From: the human T2T-CHM13v2.0 reference genome, Homo sapiens
DNA length: 64,000 nucleotides
Assembly (NCBI RefSeq): GCF_009914755.1
Contig: NC_060933.1
Direction: 5' to 3' (one strand)
This document shows positions 1 through 13,173 of the stretch, in pieces (the stretch's first letter is position 1; every line of letters begins with the position of its first letter). Made by a program: the position numbers and the translations under genes. The notes under the pieces are model-generated. The model did not search any database. It was not told the DNA's origin and saw only the letters and a program-made list of their open reading frames with translations.

Positions 1-86
1 GTCTCCTGCAACTGTAAATTATTTAAAAAATATTTCTACAGGTGCTTACATCTATTTATATAAAACATATTTTCCTTGATTTCATT

Positions 87-88
<2 letters not shown>

Positions 89-116
<28 letters not shown>
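89..116. repeat. (AT)n microsatellite
   Basis: Perfect AT dinucleotide run of about 14 units. Confidence 0.95.
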
Positions 117-120
<4 letters not shown>

Positions 121-179
121 TTCACTGGAAAAAATATTTGGAATTTAGTGTAATTCCCTTTGGGCATGGCCTTTGAGTA

Positions 180-1450
180 AACATATGTCAATAGAGCACT
201 GTCTATGTGGCAGACAATATTCTAGGCACTGGTTTCAAAAATGAGTAGGACATGGACCCTACCTTTCCAGAGCTCACAGTCTTCATAAATCTGTGGAAAC
301 AACATGAAATACTGCATAGATTTTGTTACCTTTAGGCCTCAGTTTGAATTTTCTTTTTACCACTTGTTAGGTGCTGGACATTCAATTTCTCAATGATATC
401 ATCTGTAAAATTGAGGTAATAATAAATATCATCTTAAGGCTTATGCGAGGATTAAATGAGTTAATAAATATATGCATTTACAATGACACCAGGCACATAC
501 ATCCCAACAAATCCTGGATATTATAATTATTATTGACATTAGTACTATTGTTGTGATGTAAGAAACAAGCAGCTAAAGATTATAATACTATATAATGAAT
601 GAGTGTAAGATAGAAATTTTTTCAAGAGGATAAAATACAAAACTCCTTTGTAAGCTGTCCTAGGAGACATGAAACAAATGAGTTGAAGAAGACCGTATTT
701 TCACTAGTCATATGAGAAAAGTTATAACACTCTAGGCAGCAGAAATAGCATTTGAAGAGTCAGGAAGGCTGAGAAAGCATGTCCCACTAAGTAAAATATT
801 ACTGAGCTCATGTGTATAATTGGGGAGTAGAGTATAGGGCAAAGGGTAAGGTCACAAAAAGGTCTGGGTGATGTACTAAGAATTTAGGACTTCATCATGT
901 TGACATTGGAAGCCACGAAAGGATTTTTTTAAAAATGGAACTAATATAATCAGATTTACATTATAGACAGATGATCCTATCTCCATTACAGAGGATGGAT
1001 CAGAAAGAACACTAGCTGGAGGAAGGTAAGACTTGAGGATAGAAGGCTGTTATGATTGGTCATGTGAGAGCTGATCAGGTTGTCAAATAAGACTCTGTCA
1101 ACGGAAATGGAAAAGTTGGGATGCATTTAAGACACATTTGAGAAGCTGAATGGACAGTACTGGAGGATCATTTGGATGAAAAGGGAACATAGAAGAAGAG
1201 GGGCATCTAAAATGATACTCAAGTTGATGTTTTGAACAATTGGGTGGATGACAGTACTTTTGACAGGAATAAAGCACAGATTTGAAAGGCAGACCAGAGA
1301 CACAAGGGAGGTTGGCTGGGGATGAAATTCTGGACAATCATCAATTCAGGGGCTGGTGGAGAAAGAAGGAACAGAGAAGAAGACATGTAATAAATGTACA
1401 AGTAAGAGAAGAACCAAGTGTTACAGAATCTAAGGGAGAAATAAATGTTA
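180..1450 (-). mobile_element. Degraded L2 (LINE-2) remnant interrupted by a MIR; probably resumes after the L1 at ~12675
   Basis: L2 3'-type motifs (gagcact...tctaggcactgg...ccctacctttccagagctcacagtct) and a purine-rich L2-like body. Boundaries approximate. Confidence 0.55.
335..520 (+). mobile_element. MIR SINE
   Basis: MIR core-like atctgtaaaattgaggtaataata...gaggattaaatgagttaata...caggcacata. Confidence 0.7.
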
Positions 1451-3389
1451 AAAAATGTTTGTTACAAAGATGGAGCAAGGTGGCTAAGTAGAAGCCTACA
1501 GCAATTATCCCCCGCAACAGGAACACCAAATTGAACAACTATCCACACACAAAAAAGCACATTCAAAACAACCAAAAATCAGGTGAGTGATCATAGTACC
1601 CGAATTTAACATCACATTAAAGAAAGAAGCAATGAGGAGGGTAGGAGAAACAGTCTTGAATCACCTACAACACCCCTCCCCCATTCTCCAGCAGTGGCCA
1701 TGTAGTACAGAGAGAGAATTTGTGCTCTTGGGAGAGGGAGAGCACAGTGATTGTGGGGCTTTGTATTGGAAATTAGTGCTGTTCTATCACAGAGAAAGCA
1801 ACATGGGGGCAGAACTCAACTGTTACCCATGAAGGGACCACTTAGAACAACTCTAGCCAGAGATGAGTTCCAACAAGCCTTGCCACTGTGGGCTACAGTG
1901 CTCTAGGGTTGTAAATAAACTTGAAAGGCAGTCTAGGCCACAAGAACTGGAACTCCTAGGCAAGTCCTGGTGCTGTGCTGGCCTCAGAACTGGTGGACTT
2001 GGAGTGCATGCAACCCAGTGAGGCACCAGCTGGGATGGCCAAATGAGTGCTTACATCATCATCACCCCCTCCCCCAAACCCAGGCAGTGATGCATAGGCC
2101 CTAGCCCCTAGACAACATCTCTAGACACGCACTGGGCCAGAAAGGAACCCATTGCCTGGAAGAGAGGGATCTAGGAATCTAGTCCTGGCAACATTCATCA
2201 CCTGCTGACTAGCGAACCCTCAGATACCGAATAATCAGCAGTGATAGCCAGGCGGTACTTGCTGTAGGCCTTAAGCAACATTCAGAGCCATGCTGGATTC
2301 AGGTGTGACCCAGCACATTTCCAACTATGATAGCTAAAGGGAGAGACTCCTTCTGCTTGAGGAAAGAAGAGGGAAGAGAAAAAAGGAGTTTGTCTTGCAG
2401 CTTTGGTACTAGCTTAGCCACAGTGGGGTAGAACACAAAATGAGTTCCTGCAGTCCCTGATTCCAGGACTTGGCTCCTAGACGGCATTTCTGGACCTGCC
2501 CTGGGCTAGATGGGAGCCCATTTCATTGAAGGAGGAGACCAAGGCCTGGCAGCATTCACCACAAGATGACAGAAGAGCCCTGGGATCTGGGTGAACTTTG
2601 GTAGTAGCCAGGCAGTACTTGTTATGAACCTGGGGTGATGGTGGGTATGAGGAGAGACTCCTCTGCTTGAGGAAAGAGAAAGGAAGAGTGGGAAGGACTT
2701 TGTGTTGCTGCTTGAGTATCAACTGAGTTGCAGTAGAATAAAGCACCAAATGGATTCCTAATGTTTCCAACTCCAGGCCCTGCCTCCTGGATGGCATCTC
2801 TGGATCTGCACGGGACAGGGGGAACTCACCACCCTGAAAGGAAAGAAACAAGCCTGTCTAGATTTGTTACCTGCTCAACGTAGAGCCCTTGGGCCTTGAG
2901 TGAACATAAGCAGTAACCATGCAAGGGTCACTGTGAGCCTTAGGAGACACCCAGTGCTGCTCTGGCTTCAGGTCTGATCCAGTGTGGTCTGAGTGGCGGG
3001 GGCCACAGGGATGCTTGTGTCACCAGTATCCCAACTCCAGGCGGCCCAGCAAAGGGACTTTGTTTAGGGAAAGTAAAAAGGAGAAAAACAATATCTGCCT
3101 GGTAATCTAGAAAATTCTCTTAGATCTTACCCAAGACCACCAAGGCAGTACCTCTTCGAGTCTGTAACAGCCAAAATATTACTGGAATTGGGGTGTGCCC
3201 TAATGCAGATATAGCTGTATTGACAAAAGATGTAGATTATAACACCCAAGTCCCTTTGAATGCCTGGAAAGCCTTCCCAAAAAGAGTGGGTGCAAACAAA
3301 CCCAGACTGCAATGACTACAATAAATACCTGACTCTTCAATGACCAGACACTGACAAACATCTGGAAGCATAAAGACAATCCAGGAAAA

Positions 3390-4215
3390 CATGGCCTCAC
3401 CAAAATAACTAAATAATATACCAGTAACCAATCCTGAAGAGATAGAGATATGCGACCTTTCAGATAATTCGAAATAACTATTTTGAGGAAGCCCAATGAA
3501 ATACAAGATTACACAGAGAAGGAAGTTAGGATTCTATCAGATAAACTCAACCAAGAGATTGAAATAATTGAAAAGAATCAGGCAGAAAATTTGGAGCTGA
3601 AAAATGCAATTGACATACTGAAGAATACATCAGAGTTTTGTGACAGCAGAAGTGATCAGACAGAAGGAAGAACTATTGAACTTGAAGACAGGCTATTAGA
3701 AAATACAGTCAGAGGAGACAAAAGACAAAAATAATAAAGAATGAAGCATACATATGAGATCTAAGAAATAGCCTCAAAAGAGCAAATCTAGGAGTTATTT
3801 GGCCTTGAATAGGTAGAGAAAGCAATATGGCTAGAAAGTCTATTTAAAGGGATCATAACGGAAAACTTCCCAACTCCAGAGACAGATAGCAATATTTAAG
3901 TAAAGAAGGTTATAGAAGACCAAGCAGAGTTAACCCAAAGTACATTATGTCAAGACATTTAATAATCAAACCCCAAAGATCAAGGACAAAGAAAAGATCA
4001 TAAAAGCAGCAAGAGAAAATAAATAAATAACATACAATGGAGATCCAATACTTCTGGCAGTACCCTTCTCAGTGGATACCTTACAGGCCAGGAGAGAGTG
4101 GCATGACATAGTTAAGGTGCTGAAGGAAAAAACAAACAAAAACTTTTATCCTTGGAGTAGTATATTCAGCAAAAATATACTTCAAACATGAATGAGAAAT
4201 AAAGACTATCCCAGA
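3390..4215 (+). pseudogene. L1 ORF1p remnant of the L1MA host (coiled-coil/RRM region, 3' truncated)
   Basis: ORF 3483-3734 (EIEIIEKNQAENLELKNAI...ELEDR) is L1 ORF1-like; stops and frameshifts around it. Confidence 0.75.
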
Positions 4216-4250
4216 CAAACAGAATAGCCATTCTGAATACACAATGAAAA

Positions 4251-7200
4251 CAGAATAGCTATTCTGACTGGTGTGAGATGGTATCTCATTGTGGTTTTGA
4301 TTTGTAATTCTCTAGTAATCAGTGATATTGAGCTTTTTGAAATATAATTGTTGGCCACATGTACGTCTTCTTTAAAAAGTGTCTGTTCATGTCCTTTTTT
4401 CCCTTTTATAATGTGATTGTTTTTCTGTTACAAATTTGTTTGAGTTCCTTATAGATGCTGGATATTAGAACTTTGTCAGATACATAGTTTGCAAATATTT
4501 TCTCCCATTCTGCGGGTTGTCTGTTTACTCTGTTGGTAGTTGCCTTTGCTGTGCAGAGGTTCTTAATTTTAGTTAAACCACATTTGTCAAATTTTACTTT
4601 TGTTGCTATCACTTTTGGCATCTTTTTCATGAAATCTTTGCCTATTTCTATGTTCATGATGGTATTGCCTAGGTTGTCTTCCAGGGTTTTTATAGTTTTG
4701 GATTTTATGTTTAAGTCTTTAATTCAATTAAGGTTGATGTTTGTAAATATATGGTGTAAGAAAGGGGTCCAGCTTCAATCTTCTGCATGTGACTAGCCAG
4801 TTATCCCAGCACAATGTATTGAATACAGAGCTTTCCCCCATTGCTTATTTTTGCCAGCTTTGTCACAGATCAGAGAGTTGTAGGTGCATGGTCTCATTTC
4901 TGGACTCTATTATGATTATGTCCCATTAATCTATGTGCCTGTTTTGTACTAGTACCATGGTGTTTTGGTTACTGTAGCCCTGAAGTACAGTTTGAAGTCA
5001 GATAACATAATGCCTTCCTCTTCATTCCTTTTGCTTAGGATTGCCTTGGCTATTTGGACTCATTTTTTTGTTCCATATAAATTTTAAGAGTTTTTTTCTA
5101 GTTCTGTGAATAATGTCATTGGTAGTTTGATAGAAATAGCATTGAATCTGTAGATTACTTTGGGCAGTATGGCCATTTTAGTAATACTAATTCTTCCTAT
5201 CCATGACTGTGAAGTGTTTTTTCATTTGTTTGTGTCTTTTCTTATTTATATGAGCCGTGTTTTTTAATCTTATTGTAGAGTTCACCTCTCTGATTTCACT
5301 GTATTTCTAGGTATTTATTCCTTTTGGTGGCAATTGTGAATGGGATTGTCTTCCTGATTTGGCTCTTGGCTTGGCTGTTGTTGGTGTATAGGAATAGTAG
5401 TAATTTTTGTACATTGATTTTGTATCCTGAAACTTTGCTGAAGTTGTTTGCCAGCTGAAGGAGCTTTTCCGCCAAGACTATGGGTTTTTCAAGATCTAGA
5501 ATCATGTCATCTGCAAGCAGGAATACTTTGACTTTCTCTCTTCCTATTTGGATGCCCTTAATTTTTTTTTAATCTTGCCTGATTGTTCTGGCTAAGACTT
5601 CCAATACTATGTTGAATAGGAATGGTGAGAGAGGGCATCCTTGTCTTGTGCCAGTTTTCATGGGGAATGCTTCTATCTTTTGCCCATTCAGTATAGTTCT
5701 GGTGGGTTTGTCATGCATGGCTCCTATTATTTTGAGATATATCCCTTCAATACCTAGTTTATGGAGAGTTTCAAACATGAATGGCTGTTGAATTTTGTCA
5801 AGTCTTTTCTGCATCTATTGAGATAATCATGTCTCAATCATGTATTTTTGTCTTTAGTTCTGTTTATGTTATGAATCACATTTATTGACTTGCATATGTA
5901 GAACCAACCTTGCATACCATGGATGAAGCATAGTTGATTGTGGTGGATTAGCTTTTTGATGTGCTGCTGGATTTGAATTGTAAGTATATTGTTGAGGATT
6001 TTTTCATCAACGTTCATCAGGGTTACTGGCCTGAAGTGTTTTTGTTCTTGTGTCTCTGCCAGATTTTGGTATCAGGATGATGCTGGCCTTGTAGAACAAG
6101 TTGGGGAGGAATGCCTTCTCCCCAGTTTTTTGAAATAGTTTCAGAAGGCATGGTACCAGATCTTCTTTGTACATATAGTAGAATTTGGCTGTGACTCCCT
6201 CAGGTCTTGGCTTTGCTTTGGTTGGTAGGCTATTTATTACTGATTCAATTTCAGAATTCATTATCGGTCTGTTTAGGAAATTATGTTCTTCCTAGTTCAG
6301 TATTGATAGGGTGTATGTGTCCAGGAATTTGTCCATCTCTTCTGGGTTTTCTAGTTTGTGTGCCTACAGGTGTTCATAGCGGTTTCTGGTGGCTATTTTT
6401 ATTTCTGTGGGGTCAGTGATAACATCCCCTTTGTCATATCTAATTGTGTTAATTTGGATTTTTTCTCTTTTCTTCTTTTTTAATCTAGCTTGCAGCCCAT
6501 CTATCATTAATTTTTTTCAAAAAACCAACCACAGTATTTATTGATCTTTATAATCATTGGTGACTTAATTTCCTTTAGTTCAGCTCTGACTTTGGTTATT
6601 TCTTGTCTTCTGCTAGCTTTGGGGTTGATTTGTTCTTGAGTCTTTCATTCTTTTAGTTGTGATGTTAGGTTCTTAATTTGAGATCTTTCTAACTTTTTGA
6701 TGTGGACGTTTAGTGGTATGAATTTTCCTCTTAACACTGCCTTATCTGTTTCCCATAGGTTCTATTATGTTGTATCTTCATTTTCATTAGTTTCAAAGAG
6801 CTTCCTGATTTCTGCCTTCATTTCATTACTTATCCAAAAGTCATTCCGAAACATGTTTAATTTTCATGTAATTGCATGGTTTTGAGTGATTTTTCTTAGT
6901 CTTGACTTCTATTTTTATGGTGCTGTGGTCTAAGAGAGCGGTTGGTATGATTTCATTTCTTTTGCATTTGCTGAAGATTGTTTTTTGTCCAATTATGTGG
7001 CTGATTTTAGAATACGTGCCATGTGGCAATGAGAAGAATGTACATTCTGTTGTTTTGGGGTGGAGCATTCTGTAGAGGTCTATTGGATTCATTTGGTCAA
7101 ATGTTAAGTTCAGGTCTTGAATATCTTTGTCAATTTTCTGTTACAATGATCTGTCTAATACTGTCAGCGGAATGTTGAAGTCTCCTACTGTTGTGTGGGA

Positions 7201-10200
7201 GTCTATGTCTCTTTTTAGGTCTCTAAGAACTTGCTTTATAAATCTGGATACTCCTGTTTTGGGTGCATCTATATTTAGGATAATTAGGTGTTCTTGTTGT
7301 GTTGTACCCTTTACCATTATGTAATGCCATTTGTCTTTTTTGATCATTGTTGGTTTAAAGTCTGTTTTGTCTGAAACTGGGATTGCAACCCTGCTTTTTT
7401 TCTGTTTTCCATCTGCTTGGTATATTTTCCTCCATTCCTTTATTTTGAACCCATGAGTGTCATTACCTGTGAGATGCATCTCCTGAAGACAACATATTAT
7501 TAGGTCTTGCTTTTTTATCCAGCTTGCCACTCTACACTTTTAAGTGGGGCAGTTAGCCCATTTACATTTAAGGTTAGTATTGATATGTTTGGATTGGATC
7601 CTGTCATTGTTTTGTTAGTTGGTTATTATGTTGGCTTGTTTGTGTGGTTGCTTTATAGTATCACTGGTTTGTGTATTTAATTATGTTTTCGTATGAGCTG
7701 GAAGCAGTCTTTCCTTTCTATATTTCATGCTCCTTTCAAGATCTCTTGTAAGGCAGATCTGGTGGTAACAAACTCCCTCAACATTTGCTTATCTGAAAAT
7801 AATCTTATTTCTCCTTCTCTTAGGAAGCTTAGTTTGGCTGGATATAAAATTTTTGATTGAAGATTTTTTTTTCTTAAGGAATGTTGAATATAGGCCTCCA
7901 GTCTCTTTTGGCTTGTGGGGTTTCAACTGAGAAGTCTGCTGTTATCCTGATAGAGATCCTTTTGTAGGTGACCTGCCCTTTTTCTCTAACTGTCATTAAC
8001 ATTCTTTCTTATATTTCAACTTTGGAAAATCTGACAATTATATGCATTGGGGAAAATTTTCTTGTGTAGATTCTTGCAGGAGTTCTCTGTATTTTCTGTA
8101 TTTTACTCTTGGCCTCTCTAGCAAGGTTGGGGAAGTTTTGAGGAATAATATCCTGCTTTCTCCCCATCCCTTTCAGGGATGCCAGTGATTTGTGGTTTTG
8201 GCCTCTTTACACAATGCCACACTTATCAGAGGTTTTGTTTATTCCTTTTTATTCTTTCTTCTTTATTTTTGTGTGACTGTCTTATTTCAAAAAGCTAGTC
8301 TTCAAGTTCTGAGATTCTTTCCTCAGCTTGGTTTATTCTACTTTTAATATTTGTGATTGCATTGTGAAATTTTTGTGTTGTGTTATTCAACTCCATTAGA
8401 TCCATTAGGTTCTTTTTTGTACCAGCTATTTCATCCTTCAGCTATTGTATTATTTTCTTGTGGTTCTTAGTTTCCTTGGAATGGGTTTGCTGTTCTCCAG
8501 AATCTCAATGATCTTTGTTCCTATGCATATTCTGAACTCTCTCTCTGTCATTCCAGCCAGCTCAGCCTGGTTAAAAACTCTTGTTGGAGAACTGGTGCAG
8601 TATTTGGACGACAGAAAACACTCTGGCCATTTGAGTTACTGGAGTTCTTGCTTTGGTTCTTTCTCATCTCTGCATGTGCATAATCCGTTAACTGCAATGT
8701 AGATTTAGTACAGTCAACGACTTCTTTTCTGGATGTTTTCACGGGCCAAGGCTTTGTGTAGGATCTTTATTTGAAGCTGACTTCTTATCTTTGGTTTCAG
8801 AGTGGGATATGTTAGTAGGCATTTTTGGTGTTGAAGCTTTGGGGTGTGATCTAGTAGATGGTACTTAGGTGTATTGGTCAGTTGGTTGACTCTTGCTTGG
8901 TTGTGTGGCTCCCCTATGTTTCCTCACAGTTGAAGCCATGTTCCCTCTCAGTGCTCTGAAAGTGTGAGTTTCTCTTCCCCTTGAATGCTGGCTGCAGATT
9001 GCAACTTGGCACTCCTCAGCTGCCCACTGCAGCTCTGGGGTGATCTCACTGTTTATGTTCCTTCCCCATCTTGGAGGTAGCAGAGGATGAGATCTTAGTA
9101 GTGTTTGTAGCCAAGGGTCTTTGCTTATCTTCTGGGGGGATCCACCCCAGAGAGATGCAGGTCAGCAATTGCCCAGTGCAATCAGACCAGGATGGAGGTT
9201 CTGTGCTATGGGCCCAAGCCAGGGGTTTCCTGTCTGGTGATGAACAGTTGGTGGGGGGCTAGGTGGGACTGATGGGGGATGGACTCCTCTCCTCTGGTTG
9301 ACTGTAGCTTGGAGGTATGAATAAGGCACTTAGGGTCTTTGTTTCTTTGTTAGTCCAAAGGTAGCAAGGAGAGTTCCACTGCTAAGGTAGTGGCAGAGAA
9401 GCTTTCATTTGCTCTGGGGGTTCTTTCCAGGGGGTTGCAGAACTGTTATTGACTTGATAGCTCTGGCAGGGGGTGGCTAGGGCCCCAGGCCTAGAGAATC
9501 TGCCCAGTGAGGAGATATAGGAATGGGCACCTACATAACATTCTGGCCATTTTTCCGTAAGACTGCTGTCGTATGCTGGGGGCCCACTCCAGTTCCTAGT
9601 CATTGCAAATATTTCAGTACCTGAAGGTATTAAGAGTGAAAGCTGAGAAACAGCGAAGATGTTGGCCCACGAACATCTCTGGGAGCTCTGTCCTAGAGAG
9701 TTACGGACCTGTTGCTGGTCCAAACACTGTAGGAGGTGGCTGGAAACTCCAGCTGGGAGGCCCTACCTAGTGATGAGGAATGAGATAGGGCACCTTTAAA
9801 AAGCAGTCTGGCCACGTTTTTGTAGAGAAGCTGTGTTGTATGGAATACTGCTTCCACCCCTGGCTGGTTTGGACTGTTCAAAGCCCAAAGGCTGGATGCC
9901 TAAGTTGCCAGAACATCAAAGATATCAGCCCATCCCTCCCTCTGGGAGCTCTGATCCATGGAGGTTTCAAATCTCTGTTGGCCAGAAAACACCAGGGGGA
10001 AGGCTAGAGACCCCAGCTGGAAGGTCCTGACAAGTGAGGAGGAATGGAATTGGGTACCCATTTAAAAAAGCAATCTGGCAGCATTTTCATAGAGCAACTG
10101 TACTCTGCTAGGGGACCGCTTCTGTTCCTGGTTGGTTTGTACTCTCCATAGCCCAAAGACTGGACAGCTAAGTTGCTAAAACAGCAAAGACAGTGGCCTG

Positions 10201-10837
10201 TCCCTCCCCTTGGAAGCTCTGTCTCCCGGAGGTGCAATGCTGCTACCAGTGGCTGGCCAGAATTCCAAGCCATTGAGTCTTATCTTGTGAGGTGCCATGA
10301 AAGTGGGGCCTGCATACTATTACTCTTCAGTCTCCTGGATTCCACCCCTTTCCTAGGAGTATGTGTGGGGGTCTAACATCCCACTTTACCTTAGTTGCAG
10401 CTACTTTTTCTGGAAGGCCCAGAAAGCCTGGATATCTAAGGCCCCTGGGTATCCGCATGTGCATGAGTGGCTGTTCTGCTGAGACTCTGCATAGCTATGT
10501 GTGTCAGCTATGTGAAAGCCCTGGTGGAGTGGGTTCACCTGGGGATATCCTGACCCAACGGTTGCAAAGATCCATGGGAGAAGCATGCACTCCTGGGGCC
10601 ACACATTTACTCACCACTTCCTTGTGTTGAGGAGGTTCTCCTGGCTTCATGTCACTCCGTGGTGGGCTGTCATTCTGCCTTGCTTTTCTCCATTTTCTGT
10701 GGTTCAAGTTGTTGCCTTGATTAGTCGCAACGTGTGTACCTGCATGTTTCATTTTAAGATGTGTATTTACTTGTCCCTTCTGTTCCTCTCCATGAGAGCT
10801 ATGCACACTAGCAGCCTCTAGTCAGCCATCTTGGCCC
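4251..10837 (-). mobile_element. L1PA13-16/L1P4-type LINE-1 with intact 5' end; 3'UTR and poly(A) missing
   Basis: Minus-strand start gggccaagatggctgactagaggctgctagtgtg; ORF1 start MRKNQSKNSSNS (ORF 8548-8742); EN fragments (7141-7530, 6841-7092) and RT fragments (5569-5814, 5296-5505); breaks off in the ORF2 C-terminal region at ~4251. Confidence 0.9.
4255..7607 (-). pseudogene. Decayed L1 ORF2 (endonuclease and reverse transcriptase) of the nested L1
   Basis: Fragments such as CCLQEMHL...WRKIYQ, VGDFNIPL and [10 protein letters not shown]; many stops and frameshifts. Confidence 0.85.
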
Positions 10838-13173
10838 AAGGTTTCAATGAAGAAATTGTGAATAAAATTGAAAAAATTCTTGAAAGAAATGATAATGGAA
10901 ACACAACATACCAAAACCTATGGGATATAGTGAAAGCAGTCCTAAAAGGAAAGTTTATAGCAATAAGCCCATATCTCAAAAGAGTAGAAAAACTTCAAAT
11001 AAACAACCTAATTATACATCTTAAGGAACTAGAAAAGCAAGAGCAAACTAAGCCCCAAACTAGTCAAAGAAAGAAGTAATAAAGATCAGGCATAAATAAA
11101 TAAAATTGAAATGAAAAAACAATTAAAATGATCAACTAAACAAAAAGTTGGTTTTTTTAAAAAGATAAAACTGACAAATCTTTAGACTAATTAAAAAAGA
11201 GAGAAGACCCAAAGGAATTATATCAGAGGTAAAAAAAAAAAAAAAAAAACTCCTATCTCTCACCATTTACAAACATCAAATCAAAATGTTTTAATGACTT
11301 AAATCTAAGACCTTAAACTATGAAACTACTTAAAAGAAAACATTGAGGAAATGCTCCAGGACATTGGACTAGGCAAAGATTTCTTGACTAATACACCACA
11401 AGCACAGGCAACCAAAGCAAAAATGAACAGACAATATCACATCAAGTTAAAAAACTTCTGTATGGCAAAAAAAATAATTAATAAACTAAAGAAACAACCC
11501 ATAGAATGGGAGAAAATATTTGCAAACAATTCATCTGACAAGGGATTATTAACCAGAATATTTAAGGAGCTCAAACAACTAGATTAGATTATTAGATGTT
11601 TTCTAATGGATAGTTTCCAAACTATTAGATGTTTTCTAATAGTATTGGAAAACACCTAATTATCTAATTAAAAACTGGTTAAAAGTTCTAAATAGGCTTT
11701 CCTCAGAAGAAGACATGCAAATGGCAAACACATATATGAAAAAGTGCTTAATATCATTCATCATCAGACAAATACAAATCAAAACTGCAATGAGATATCA
11801 TCTCATCCCAGTTAAAATGGCTGTTTTCCCCAAAAAAACAGTCAATGACAAATGCTTGTGAGGATGTGAAGAAAAGGAAACTCTGAAACCCTGTTGATGG
11901 GAATGTAAATTAGTACAACCACTATGGAGAACAGTTTGGAGGTTCCTCAAAAATCTAAAAATAGAGCTACCATATGATCGAACAATCTCACTGCTGGATA
12001 TATACAGAAAACAAAGGAAATCCGTACATCAATGAGATGATAACTGCACTCTCATGTTTATTGCAGCACTATGCACAATAGTCAAGATTTGAAAGCAACT
12101 TAAATTTCTACAAACAGATGAATAAATGAAGAAAATTGTGGTACATATACACAATGGAGTACTATTCAGGTATTAAAAAAATGAGATACTGTCACCTGCA
12201 ACAACTGGAGGACATTATGTTAAGTGAAATAACCCAGACAAAGAAAGGCAAACTTTGCACATTCTCACTTATTTGTGGGAGCTAAAAATTAAAACAATTG
12301 AACTCAGGAAGATAGAGAGTAGAAGGATGGTTACCAGAGGCTGGAAATGGTAGTGAATGTGAGAGCAGGGAGTAGAGTTGGTTAATAGGTACAAAAATAT
12401 AGTTAGGAAGAATAAGATCTAGTATTTGACAGCCAACAGGATGACTGCAGTAAACAATAGCTTATTGTATATTTAAAAATTGTAAAAAAAGAGTATAATT
12501 ATATTGTTTCTAGCACAAAGTACAAATGTTTGAGAGGATGGACACCCAATTTAACTGGATGTGGTTATTATACAACGTATACTTGTATCAAAATATCTCA
12601 TGTACCCCATAAACATGTATACCTACTCTGTAGCCACAATAATTAAAAATATATAAAAAATAAAAGATTTGTTAAAATTAGAAGGTAATTGGTGATCTCA
12701 GTGCATATATTCTAAAGTTAAGAAGAATTAAGTAAGGGGAACAAAATGAAGATTAGTGAAAACTATTGTCAAGTAGCTTGACTATGAAGGGGCATACAAA
12801 TGAGGTTTTTTCCCTCCTCTTTAGGATAGACTTTAGTACTTTTATATGCTAAGAGAAATGAGTCACCAGAGGAAGACAGATATTTAAAAAAGATGATATA
12901 ATAAATAATTCCTTTCAGGTGAAAATTGTATAGAACCAGAACAAAAGGATAAATTTTTAATAAGAGGACAGTGTCCTATTTATGTACATGGGAGAAAAGA
13001 ATGGGGTACATGGAGATAGATTGTGTGTGTCTGGAATACAAATTTTACTGTGTTCATATCTGATGGTTTCTATTCATAAAGTAGAAGGTGAGGTTATCTT
13101 CATGAGTATTAAAGGTTTTATTCTTTTTCCATCACCATTATGTTTTATCTAACTCCTTCTAGAAATTATGTTG

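Larger units (their letters stand above)
1467..12661 (+). mobile_element. Old L1MA-type LINE-1 (L1M1-like 5' end, L1MA2/3-like 3' end), internally deleted and interrupted by an antisense L1
   Basis: 5' end gagcaaggtggctaagtagaagcc; decayed ORF1 at ~3390-4215; ORF2 pieces at 10845-11230 and 11250-12290; L1MA-type 3'UTR and A tail. Degenerate TSD aaaatgtttgtta (1452-1464) / aaaagatttgtta (12662-12674). Confidence 0.85.
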
